Made by a program: the position numbers and the translations under genes. From positions 1-32,000 of the forward strand of contig NZ_AP018160.1 in the NCBI RefSeq assembly GCF_004296515.1: a stretch of DNA of 32,000 nt, written 5' to 3'. Shown here one piece after another: positions 1-9,288 of this stretch. Position 1 is the first letter of the stretch, and each line of letters opens with the position of its first letter. The notes beneath the pieces were generated by a model. The model had not been told where the DNA came from and made no database searches. It saw nothing but the letters and a program-made list of their open reading frames with translations. The stretch is from Candidatus Saccharimonadota bacterium. GTDB taxonomy: Bacteria > Pseudomonadota > Gammaproteobacteria > Enterobacterales > Enterobacteriaceae.

Positions 1-49
1 ATTATAATCAAATTATTTAACCAATAAAATTAATAAAATATAAAATATT

Positions 50-1168
50 ATGAAATTTTCTATATTATGTAATACATTTATAAAAATGTTAAAAAAAACA
101 AATATAGTATTTAATAATAATTCATTACAAATTTTTAAGAATATTTTAATATTAATAAATAATAAAGAAATAAAAATAATAAGTATGAATTCATTAACAA
201 AAATAATAACAAAAGATAATTTAATAGAATCTAATATAAATAAAATTATTAAAATAAATATATCTGCAAAAAAAATATTTGATATATGTAAAAAAATAGA
301 TAAGAATTCAATATTATATTTTAATAAAGAAAACAATTTTTTAATATTAAAATCTAATAAGTCAATATTTTCTATATCAACAATTATAAATTGTAATATT
401 TTAAATGAATTTAATAAACATTATGATAATGATTATAAAATATGCATATCATGTTTATCATTAAAAAACTTAATAAAAAAAACTTATTATTCAATAGGTA
501 TAGAAGATACAAGAAAATATTTAAATGGAATGTTATTTGAAATTTATGATAATAAAATAAAAACAATATCTACTGATGGTCATAGATTATCAATATCAGA
601 ATTGAAAATTAATTTTGAAATAAAAAATAAAAATAAATATATCTTAACAAAACAAGGAGTTAATGAATTAATTAAATATTTAGATAATATTAATAATAAT
701 ATATATATAAAATTTGATAATAAAAATATATATATAAAATCAGAAAATTCATTATTTATATCTAGATTATTAAATGAAAATTTTCCAGAATATAATGATA
801 TAATATCTAAAGAATTAAAATATTCTATAAAATTAAATAAAAATGTATTAATAGAAGTTATATTAAGAATATCATCTATTTCAAATGATAAATTTTGTTT
901 GATTAGATTAAATTTTAATAATAATAAATTAAATATAAGTTCATTTAATTCAGATCAAGAAAAATCTGAAGAATATATAGATATAGATTATTTATTTGAT
1001 GATGATATTTTAATTTTATTAAATAGTACTTATTTAATAGAATCTTTATCATCAATAGATGAAGAATTTATATTATTTAAATTTATTAATAATAAATCTT
1101 GTATTTGTATAGAAGAATTTAGTAATATAAATAATAAACATATTATTATGCCAATATATTCTTTATAA
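50..1168 (+). CDS. dnaN: DNA polymerase III beta sliding clamp
   Basis: The 372-aa ORF is collinear with E. coli DnaN. It starts MKF and has AKKIFDICKK (E. coli ARKFFDICRG). The blocks YLNGMLFE and TDGHRL are identical. gyrB follows 4 nt downstream. TAA stop. Confidence 0.9.
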   Translation: MKFSILCNTFIKMLKKTNIVFNNNSLQIFKNILILINNKEIKIISMNSLTKIITKDNLIESNINKIIKINISAKKIFDICKKIDKNSILYFNKENNFLILKSNKSIFSISTIINCNILNEFNKHYDNDYKICISCLSLKNLIKKTYYSIGIEDTRKYLNGMLFEIYDNKIKTISTDGHRLSISELKINFEIKNKNKYILTKQGVNELIKYLDNINNNIYIKFDNKNIYIKSENSLFISRLLNENFPEYNDIISKELKYSIKLNKNVLIEVILRISSISNDKFCLIRLNFNNNKLNISSFNSDQEKSEEYIDIDYLFDDDILILLNSTYLIESLSSIDEEFILFKFINNKSCICIEEFSNINNKHIIMPIYSL

Positions 1169-1172
1169 AATT

Positions 1173-3572
1173 ATGTCAAAATATGATTCTTCAAGTATAA
1201 AAGTATTAAAAGGATTAGATGCTGTAAAAAAACGTCCTGGAATGTATATAGGAAATACTGATGATGGTACTGGATTTCATCATATGTTATTTGAAGTTAT
1301 AGATAACTCTATAGATGAATATTTAGCTGGATACTGTAATAAAATAAGTGTATGTATATATAAAGATAATTCTATATCAGTAGAAGATAATGGTAGAGGA
1401 ATACCTATTGATATCCATAAAGAAGAAAATATATCAGCAGCAGAACTAATAATGACTACATTACATGCCGGAGGTAAATTTGATAATTTATCATATGAAA
1501 TATCTGGAGGACTTCATGGTGTAGGAATTTCAGTTGTTAATGCATTATCAGAAAAATTACAATTAATTATATATAGAAATGGATATATATATGAACAAAT
1601 TTATAGTTATGGATTACCTAAAGATAAAATAAAAATAATAGGTAAATCAAATAATAATGGAACTTTTATAAGATTTTGGCCTGATTTAAATATATTTACA
1701 AATAATACTAATTTTCAATTTAATTTAATATTAAGCAGATTAAAAGAAATATCATATTTAAATTCTAATATATCTATCCAATTAGAAGACTTAAGAAAGG
1801 ATAATTCTAAAAAAATAATAGAAAATAATGATGGTATTAAATCTTTTATAAAAGATTTAATAAAAGATAAAGATGTTATACATAATAATATTTTTTATAT
1901 GAATTCAAATAAAAATAATATTAATGTAGAAATAGCTTTACAATGGATTAATTCATTTCAAGATATAGTTTATTGTTTTACAAATAATATAAAACAAAAG
2001 GATGGAGGTACTCATTTATCTGGATTTAGATCATCTATAACAAAAACTATAAATAATTATATAGAAAAAGAAGAAATATATAAGAGAAGTAAATTAAACA
2101 TAATAGGAGAAGATACAAGAGAAGGATTAGTATCAGTAATATCTATAAAATATTCTAGTCCTAAATTTTCATCTCAAACAAAAGACAAATTAATTTCTCC
2201 AGAAATTAAAAATGTAGTAGAATCTTTGCTAAGTGATTATTTAATGGATTTTTTATTAGAAAATCAAAATGATTCTAAATTAATAATTAATAAAATCATA
2301 CAATCATCAAAATCTAGAGAAGCTGCTAAAAAAGCAAAAGAAACAATAAGAAAGAAAAATAATGATATATTTAATTTATTAGGTAAATTGTCTGATTGTC
2401 AAGAAAATAATCCTGATTTATCAGAATTATATCTTGTAGAAGGTGATTCAGCTGGTGGATCTGCAAAACAAGGAAGAAATAGAAAAAATCAAGCTATTTT
2501 ACCATTAAAAGGAAAAATAATTAATGTAGAAAAATCAAAAATAGATAAAATATTATCTTCACAAGAAATTGTTTCGTTAATAACTGCTTTAGGATGTGGA
2601 ATAGAAAATCATAATTTTAATATAGATAAAATAAGATATAAAAAAATAATAATAATGACAGATGCAGATATAGATGGTTCTCATATAAGAACATTATTAT
2701 TAACATTCTTTTATAGATATATACCTGAAATAATTAATAATGGATATTTATTTATTGCTCAACCGCCATTATATAAAATAAAATTTAATAAAAATGAAAT
2801 ATTTATCAAAACACACAATGAATTAATAGATTTCAAAATTAAATTATTTACTAAAAATATAACCTTATTCTATGATAATAAATCCATTTCTTCTATAGAA
2901 TTAGAAGAAATATTGAGATTATATATAGATGTAAATAATTTAATAATTAAATTAAAAAACATATATCCTTATATATTACTAAATGAAATTTTAAATAGTG
3001 AATATACTATAAATAAAAATGATTTATATAATTTTAATAAAATAAATAAATGGTCTGAAGATATTTGTTTAAATATAAATAAACAATTCAAGTTTGAAAA
3101 ATGTACTTTTAATATATTCAATAATAATAATATTTTTGAACCAATATTTATTATTAATGATTATTTATGTAATGAATATAAAATAGACAATTGTTTTTTA
3201 GAAAGTAATGAATATAAAAAAATATTAAATTTTATTAAAATTAAAAATAAAATAATATTTGATAATAAATCATATATTAAATATAATAATTTAGTAAAAG
3301 AAGTTAATTCTTTTAAAGATTTTATAAATTATATAATAAATGATTCAAGAATTAATATAGATATACAAAGATATAAAGGATTAGGAGAAATGAATCCTGA
3401 TCAATTATGGTACTCAACAATGGATCCTAATAATAGAACTTTATTGAAAGTATTAGTAGAAAATAATAATAAATCAGATAATTTATTTTCTATATTAATG
3501 GGTGATAATGTTGAATCTAGAAAAAAATTTATAGAAGAAAATTCATTAAATGTTAATAATCTTGATATATAG
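1173..3572 (+). CDS. gyrB: DNA gyrase subunit B
   Basis: 799 aa. N-terminus is SSIKVLKGLDAVKKRPGMYIG. GHKL ATPase blocks are EVIDNSIDE and GGLHGVG. Toprim blocks are EGDSAGGSAKQGR and MTDADIDGSHI. The C-terminal block is QRYKGLGEMNP. It is the only gene in the window ending in TAG (3570-3572). Confidence 0.97.
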   Translation: MSKYDSSSIKVLKGLDAVKKRPGMYIGNTDDGTGFHHMLFEVIDNSIDEYLAGYCNKISVCIYKDNSISVEDNGRGIPIDIHKEENISAAELIMTTLHAGGKFDNLSYEISGGLHGVGISVVNALSEKLQLIIYRNGYIYEQIYSYGLPKDKIKIIGKSNNNGTFIRFWPDLNIFTNNTNFQFNLILSRLKEISYLNSNISIQLEDLRKDNSKKIIENNDGIKSFIKDLIKDKDVIHNNIFYMNSNKNNINVEIALQWINSFQDIVYCFTNNIKQKDGGTHLSGFRSSITKTINNYIEKEEIYKRSKLNIIGEDTREGLVSVISIKYSSPKFSSQTKDKLISPEIKNVVESLLSDYLMDFLLENQNDSKLIINKIIQSSKSREAAKKAKETIRKKNNDIFNLLGKLSDCQENNPDLSELYLVEGDSAGGSAKQGRNRKNQAILPLKGKIINVEKSKIDKILSSQEIVSLITALGCGIENHNFNIDKIRYKKIIIMTDADIDGSHIRTLLLTFFYRYIPEIINNGYLFIAQPPLYKIKFNKNEIFIKTHNELIDFKIKLFTKNITLFYDNKSISSIELEEILRLYIDVNNLIIKLKNIYPYILLNEILNSEYTINKNDLYNFNKINKWSEDICLNINKQFKFEKCTFNIFNNNNIFEPIFIINDYLCNEYKIDNCFLESNEYKKILNFIKIKNKIIFDNKSYIKYNNLVKEVNSFKDFINYIINDSRINIDIQRYKGLGEMNPDQLWYSTMDPNNRTLLKVLVENNNKSDNLFSILMGDNVESRKKFIEENSLNVNNLDI

Positions 3573-3654
3573 AGAGAAGGGGATTCGAACCCCTGAAGAA
3601 AAAATTCTTTTCAATTTTCGAAATTGATCCGTTAATCCTCTCCGGCATCTCTCT
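3570..3654 (-). tRNA. tRNA-Ser, anticodon CGA, class II with long variable arm
   Basis: The reverse complement folds as a cloverleaf. Acceptor is AGAGAGA/TCTCTCT. Anticodon stem is TCAAT/ATTGA with loop TTCGAAA. Variable arm is AAGAA-TTTT-TTCTT. T arm is AGGGG-TTCGAAT-CCCCT. No CCA is encoded. The 3' end overlaps the gyrB stop codon. Confidence 0.85.
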
Positions 3655-3661
3655 TATATTA

Positions 3662-5128
3662 TTAATTATCTTTATATCTTATATTTGGAAAAAGTATAAT
3701 ATCTTTTATATTATTACTATTTGTTAAAATCATTATTAATCTATCTATTCCTATTCCTACTCCAGAACTTATTGGTAAACCATATTTCATTGAATCTATA
3801 TACTCTTTATCAATAATAGAATTATTATTTTCTAATTTTTGATTAGTAAATCTATTTTTTTGATCTTCTGGATCATTTAATTCTGAAAATCCATTTCCTA
3901 TTTCTAATCCGCAAATAAATAATTCAAATCTATCAGCTATATTGCTATTAATAACATTTCTTTTTGATAAAGGAGAAACATCTATAGGATATTCTGTTAT
4001 AAAAGTTGGATATTTAATATTTTTTTCTACAGTTTTTTTAAAAATTTCAAATTGAATTCTGCCTAAACTCCATTCTTTTTCTATTAAAATATTATTTATT
4101 TTAGATATTAAAATACAATCATTTATATTATTTATATTTATATTTTTTTCTATATTATTAAAATAGTAAATAGAATCTTTCATACTAATAATATTAAATT
4201 TTTTATTAAAATCTATATTACAATTTTTAAAATTTATACTAGTTTTATTAAGAACTTTAATACATATATATTTAATCATTTTTTCTACTAATTTAATTAA
4301 ATATTTAAAATCTACATAAGTAACATATATTTCCATTGTTGTAAATTCTGGATTATGATAAATAGATAATCCTTCATTACGAAAATTTTTTCCTATTTCA
4401 AATATTTTATTAAAACCACCAATTAATAATTGTTTTAAATATAATTCTGGAGCAATTCTTAAATATAACTTTTTATTTTTTAAATAATTATATTTTGTTA
4501 TAAATGGATTAGCATCAGCACCTCCAGGAATATTTTGTATTATTGGAGTTTCTACTTCTATAAAATTTCTTTTATGTAAAAAATTTCTTATTTCTTTTAT
4601 AAATTTAGATCTAAGTATAAAATTATTACAGGATTTTCTATTAGAAATTAAATCTAAATATCTTTTTTTTGACTTTATTTTATCATCTAATAATCCTAAA
4701 TACTTATTAGCTAATGGATATAAACATTTAACTAGTAAATATATATATTTACAATTTATAGATAATTCATTAGTTTTTGTTATAAATATAAATCCTTCTA
4801 CTCCAATTATATCTCCTATATCAATAAATTTATTTTGATATAAATATATTTTTTTAGAAATAAAATTCATATCTAAATATATTTGAATATAATTATCTAC
4901 ATCTTGTATTTTTAAAAATGTTAATTTACCAAATACTCTTTTATTTATAACTCTTCCAGCTATTTTTATATTTTTATTTAATAATTTATGATTTAATTTA
5001 TTATTATTAAATATATAACGTATATTTTTTATACTATAATTTATATTAAATTTTTCTCTAAATATTAAATTATCGTTTTTAATAGTTTCTAATTTTTTAA
5101 CTCTTACTATATATTCTTTATTATTCAT
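3662..5128 (-). CDS. lysS: lysyl-tRNA synthetase (class II)
   Basis: 488 aa. Class II motifs are FRNEG, ELFICGLEIGNGFSELNDP and GVGIGIDRL. It lies directly downstream of prfB, as in the E. coli prfB-lysS operon. Confidence 0.93.
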   Translation of the reverse strand: MNNKEYIVRVKKLETIKNDNLIFREKFNINYSIKNIRYIFNNNKLNHKLLNKNIKIAGRVINKRVFGKLTFLKIQDVDNYIQIYLDMNFISKKIYLYQNKFIDIGDIIGVEGFIFITKTNELSINCKYIYLLVKCLYPLANKYLGLLDDKIKSKKRYLDLISNRKSCNNFILRSKFIKEIRNFLHKRNFIEVETPIIQNIPGGADANPFITKYNYLKNKKLYLRIAPELYLKQLLIGGFNKIFEIGKNFRNEGLSIYHNPEFTTMEIYVTYVDFKYLIKLVEKMIKYICIKVLNKTSINFKNCNIDFNKKFNIISMKDSIYYFNNIEKNININNINDCILISKINNILIEKEWSLGRIQFEIFKKTVEKNIKYPTFITEYPIDVSPLSKRNVINSNIADRFELFICGLEIGNGFSELNDPEDQKNRFTNQKLENNNSIIDKEYIDSMKYGLPISSGVGIGIDRLIMILTNSNNIKDIILFPNIRYKDN

Positions 5129-5145
5129 AATAATTAATATATTAA

Positions 5146-5910
5146 TTATTTATATAATTTATTTTTTAAACATTTTTCTATAAAAATACTTAAATTTCCA
5201 TTTAATACTTCTTTTATATTATTTGTTTCTAATCCTGTTAAATTATCTTTTATTATTGAATCATCTAATATATATGATCTTATTTGTCTACCCCAACTTA
5301 TATCTGATTTTAAATCTTCTATTTTTTTATTATTTTTAATTTTATTATTTAATTTTATATTATATATTTTATTTTTTAATCTTTTTAAAGCATTTTTTTT
5401 ATTTATGTTCTGATATTTACTATCATTAGATTTTACATTTATACCAGTAGGAATATGAAAAACTCTAACAGCTGAATTTGTTTTATTTATATGTTGACCT
5501 CCATTTCCAGAAGATTTACAAAAACTAAATTTTATATCATTATTATTTAAATTAACATCTAAATTTTCATCTATATTTTTTTTAATATAAACTGAACTAA
5601 AAGATGTATGTCTCTTACCAGAATCAAAAGGACTTTTTCTAACTAACCTATGTATTCCATTTTCTGTTTTAAGCCAACCGTATGCATATTTTCCTTCTAC
5701 ATAAATTAATACAGATTTTTTTCTTTTTATAAAAAACTTATCTTCAGATAATATTTTATATTTTAAATTTTTTATTTTTATCCATTTTATATACATTCTA
5801 AATAAAATATTTACCCAATCTTGAGATTCTATACCACCAGATCCAGAAATTATACTAATAAAACATGAAATATCATCAGAATTTGTAAAGAAATCATTAT
5901 ATTTATTCAT
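5146..5910 (-). CDS. prfB: peptide chain release factor 2, N-terminally truncated (domain 1 absent)
   Basis: 254 aa. It has GSGGIESQDW (E. coli GSGGTEAQDW), YAYGWLKTENGIHRLVRKSPFD with the RF2-specific SPF tripeptide, and the GGQ motif in SGNGGQHINKTNSAVR. Alignment begins at about residue 112-118 of the 365-aa E. coli RF2. An in-frame TAA lies 4 codons upstream of the ATG, and recJ ends 27 nt upstream. Confidence 0.9.
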   Translation of the reverse strand: MNKYNDFFTNSDDISCFISIISGSGGIESQDWVNILFRMYIKWIKIKNLKYKILSEDKFFIKRKKSVLIYVEGKYAYGWLKTENGIHRLVRKSPFDSGKRHTSFSSVYIKKNIDENLDVNLNNNDIKFSFCKSSGNGGQHINKTNSAVRVFHIPTGINVKSNDSKYQNINKKNALKRLKNKIYNIKLNNKIKNNKKIEDLKSDISWGRQIRSYILDDSIIKDNLTGLETNNIKEVLNGNLSIFIEKCLKNKLYK

Positions 5911-5937
5911 AAAAAATTTAAATTAAATTTTATTAAA

Positions 5938-7680
5938 TTAAAATAATTCATATGCGTATTCAACTAAAATTTGTATTTTATTATCATTAAAGTATTTAGA
6001 ATAATATAATTTATATGCTAAAACTAATTTATTAGATTTTAAATTATTCCAAAAATCAATATCTACATTAAATAATATTCCATTTATTATTAATCCATTA
6101 AAAGTTTTAACAATAATTTTTAAAATATTTTTATTAAAAAATTCTTTATGTATTAAATAAAATTTACCATCAAATATAGGATATGGAAAACCATTACCCC
6201 ATGGACCATTATTATTTATATGTTTAACATTACTTAATGTAAATTCACTATCTAATAACTCTCCATCAGACCATATTATTTTATAATTATTATTATCTAA
6301 ATTATTTTTATTAATATAATTACTTATTTGAATATTAAAAATATTTTTAAAATATTCAAAATTTTTTATATTTAAAGATAAACCTATAGCAAAATTATGT
6401 CCTCCAAACTTTAAAATTAAATCAGGATATAAATTATTAATAGAATTTATAATTTCATAAATATTAATATTTTCTATAGATCTACCGGAACCTATTAATA
6501 TATCATTATTTAATTTAGAAAAAACTATTGTAGGTTTATTAAATTTATCTTTTAATCTAGAAGAAACTATACCTAATATTCCATTATGAAAATCTAAATT
6601 ATATATTATCAATGAATATTTTTTATCAGATTCATACAAATTATCTAAAATATTTAAACATTTCAACTCCATATCTTTAGATATTTTTTTTCTTATAGAA
6701 TTTAATATATTTAATTCTTTAGATATATATAATGCTTCATGTTTATCTTCAGTTAATAATAACTTTATACTTATAGACATATCTTTTAATCTACCAGCAG
6801 AATTTATACGTGGTACTATATAAAAATTTATATCTAATGTAGATAAATTTTCTATATCTATATTTAAATATTCAATTAAAGTAATTATTCCTAATCTACA
6901 ATTTTTAGATTTTATTATATTAATACCTTCTTTAATTAAAATTCTATTATTTGTATCAAGATATGACATATCTGCTATTGTACCTATTGCAACTAAATCT
7001 AATAAATTATTTATATTTGGTATAGAAATACTATTATTTTTAAACCAATTTAAATTAATTAATTTATTATTTAATGCTTTCATTAAATAATATGAAATTC
7101 CAACACCAGATATATATTTAGATGGAAATTTACAATCATTTAAATTAGGATTTATTATAACATTAGCTTTAGGTAATATTTTTTTAGGAATATGATGATC
7201 AGTTATTATAGTTAATATATTATTTTTTTTAGCTAAATTAATTTCATCAAAAGATGAAATACCATTATCTACTGTTAAGATAAGTTTACCATTAATAGAA
7301 ATTATTTTTTCTATTATATTTATACTTAACCCATGTCCATCTTTAAATCTGTTTGGTATTATAAAATCTACATTATTAAATCCCATTTTTTTTAAAGCTA
7401 TAAAACATAAAGCAGTACTAGTAACACCATCTGTATCAAAATCTCCAACTATAACAATTTTTTCATTATTGAATAAAAAATTTATTAATATATTTATAGC
7501 TTTATTTATATTTTTAAATAATTTATAATTAAAAATATTATCTATATTTAAATTTATATCATTAATAGATGTAATTCCTCTATTAGAATAAATTTTTTTT
7601 ATTATTTCAGGTATATTAAAATTATTTAAATTATTATTTATTTCTTTAGATCTTCTGTTTAATTTAATAAAATCTTTCAT
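5938..7680 (-). CDS. recJ: single-stranded-DNA-specific exonuclease RecJ (DHH family)
   Basis: 580 aa. DHH-family motifs are VGDFDTDGVTS, ITDHHIP and FGGHNFAIG. recJ-prfB-lysS adjacency matches E. coli. Confidence 0.88.
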   Translation of the reverse strand: MKDFIKLNRRSKEINNNLNNFNIPEIIKKIYSNRGITSINDINLNIDNIFNYKLFKNINKAINILINFLFNNEKIVIVGDFDTDGVTSTALCFIALKKMGFNNVDFIIPNRFKDGHGLSINIIEKIISINGKLILTVDNGISSFDEINLAKKNNILTIITDHHIPKKILPKANVIINPNLNDCKFPSKYISGVGISYYLMKALNNKLINLNWFKNNSISIPNINNLLDLVAIGTIADMSYLDTNNRILIKEGINIIKSKNCRLGIITLIEYLNIDIENLSTLDINFYIVPRINSAGRLKDMSISIKLLLTEDKHEALYISKELNILNSIRKKISKDMELKCLNILDNLYESDKKYSLIIYNLDFHNGILGIVSSRLKDKFNKPTIVFSKLNNDILIGSGRSIENINIYEIINSINNLYPDLILKFGGHNFAIGLSLNIKNFEYFKNIFNIQISNYINKNNLDNNNYKIIWSDGELLDSEFTLSNVKHINNNGPWGNGFPYPIFDGKFYLIHKEFFNKNILKIIVKTFNGLIINGILFNVDIDFWNNLKSNKLVLAYKLYYSKYFNDNKIQILVEYAYELF

Positions 7681-7702
7681 TAATTATTAATTTTATAATA
7701 TT

Positions 7703-9250
7703 TTATATAATACAAATTATTATTCTATTTTTTATATCAAAATCATGTATTTTAAAATTTAATATATTACCTATATATATATCATCTTTATTTTTAATAG
7801 TATTTAAATCTAAATTATAATTTCCTAAAACATAATCATTTATATATATTATTAAATTATTATTATTTATATCAATAATTTTCCCAGGTATTATATCTCC
7901 TATTGATTTTATATTTATAAAATCTTCAAATGGATCTTTGAATAATTGTTTTATCCCTAATGAAATTCTATTTTTATCTGTATCTATATTTAAAATAATA
8001 GATTTTATTTCATCTCCTTTAGAATATTTATTAATATCATTATTTTTATCTATAAGCCATGAAATATCTGTGATATGTACTAATCCATCTACATTTTCAT
8101 TATTTAATTCAATAAAAATCCCAAAATTAGTAATAGATTTAATATTGCCTATTACTATATCACCAATTTTATATTTTTTATAAAAATCATTCCAAGGATT
8201 TTTCTTACATTGTTTTATTCCTAAAGAAATTCTTCTTTTAGATATATCTATATTTAATATCATAACTTTTATAACTTCATTTAAGTTAACAATTTCATAT
8301 GGATTTATATTTTTATTTCTCCAATCCATTTCAGATATATGAACTAATCCTTCTATTCCATTTTCTATTTCAACAAAACAACCATAATCTGTTAAATTTG
8401 TAACTTTACCTGATATAATTAATCCTTTTGGATACTTTTTAATAATACAATACCATGGATCATCAACTAATTGTTTTAATCCTAAATAAACTCTAAATTT
8501 ATCATAATCAAATTTTATTATTTTAACATTTATTTCATCTCCAATTTTAACAATTTCAGATGGATGTTTTATTCTTTTCCATGTTATATCAGTTATATGT
8601 AATAATCCATCTATACCTCCTAAATCTAAAAATACACCGTAATTTGTTATATTTTTAACAATTCCTTTAACAATATCATCTTTTTTTAAATTATTTATTA
8701 AATTTTTTTTTTCATAATTATCTTCAGATTCTATTACAGCTTTTCTAGAAACAACTATATTATTAGTTTTTTTATCTATTTTAACTACCTTAAATTCTAA
8801 TTTTTTACCTTCCAAATTATATGAATCACTTATAGATTTAAAATCAACAAGTGATCCTGGTAAAAATGCTCTTACATTATTTATTTCTACAGAAAAACCA
8901 CCTTTTATTCTTTCTATAACATATCCATATATAGATTTATCACATTTATAATATTCTTCTAATTCATTCCAATATTCATATTGTTTAGCTTTATCTCTAG
9001 ATATTATTGTCTCTCCATAATTATTATCAATTGATTCTAATATAAAATCAATTTCATCTCCTATTTTTATATTTAATTTATCATTATCAATAAATTCATT
9101 TATAGGAACATATGATTCAGATTTTAAATTTACATCTACTAAAATAAAATCCTTAAATATATTTATTACTTTTCCTTTTAATATTTCTCCAGGTTGTACA
9201 TTTATGTTCTCTACTGATTTTTTAAAAAAATTAGAAAAATTTTTTATCAT
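7703..9250 (-). CDS. rpsA: 30S ribosomal protein S1
   Basis: 515 aa. The N-terminus FKKSVENINVQPGEILKGKVI parallels E. coli S1. Repeated S1-domain signatures are present (GLLHITDITW, GLVHISEMDW, GLVHITDISW). Confidence 0.93.
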   Translation of the reverse strand: MIKNFSNFFKKSVENINVQPGEILKGKVINIFKDFILVDVNLKSESYVPINEFIDNDKLNIKIGDEIDFILESIDNNYGETIISRDKAKQYEYWNELEEYYKCDKSIYGYVIERIKGGFSVEINNVRAFLPGSLVDFKSISDSYNLEGKKLEFKVVKIDKKTNNIVVSRKAVIESEDNYEKKNLINNLKKDDIVKGIVKNITNYGVFLDLGGIDGLLHITDITWKRIKHPSEIVKIGDEINVKIIKFDYDKFRVYLGLKQLVDDPWYCIIKKYPKGLIISGKVTNLTDYGCFVEIENGIEGLVHISEMDWRNKNINPYEIVNLNEVIKVMILNIDISKRRISLGIKQCKKNPWNDFYKKYKIGDIVIGNIKSITNFGIFIELNNENVDGLVHITDISWLIDKNNDINKYSKGDEIKSIILNIDTDKNRISLGIKQLFKDPFEDFINIKSIGDIIPGKIIDINNNNLIIYINDYVLGNYNLDLNTIKNKDDIYIGNILNFKIHDFDIKNRIIICII

Positions 9251-9288
9251 ATTTATTAAATGTAATTTATTAAAATTATTTATTTATT

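Noticed and set aside
13-336. 107-aa minus-strand ORF overlapping the start of dnaN.
   Set aside because: It is antisense to a well-supported gene. Its composition (I, L, F, N, K) is what the reverse complement of A+T-rich coding sequence produces. I recognise no motif in it.
7938-8183. 81-aa plus-strand ORF inside rpsA.
   Set aside because: It is antisense to the S1 coding sequence. It is a low-complexity hydrophobic translation with no start context or homology.
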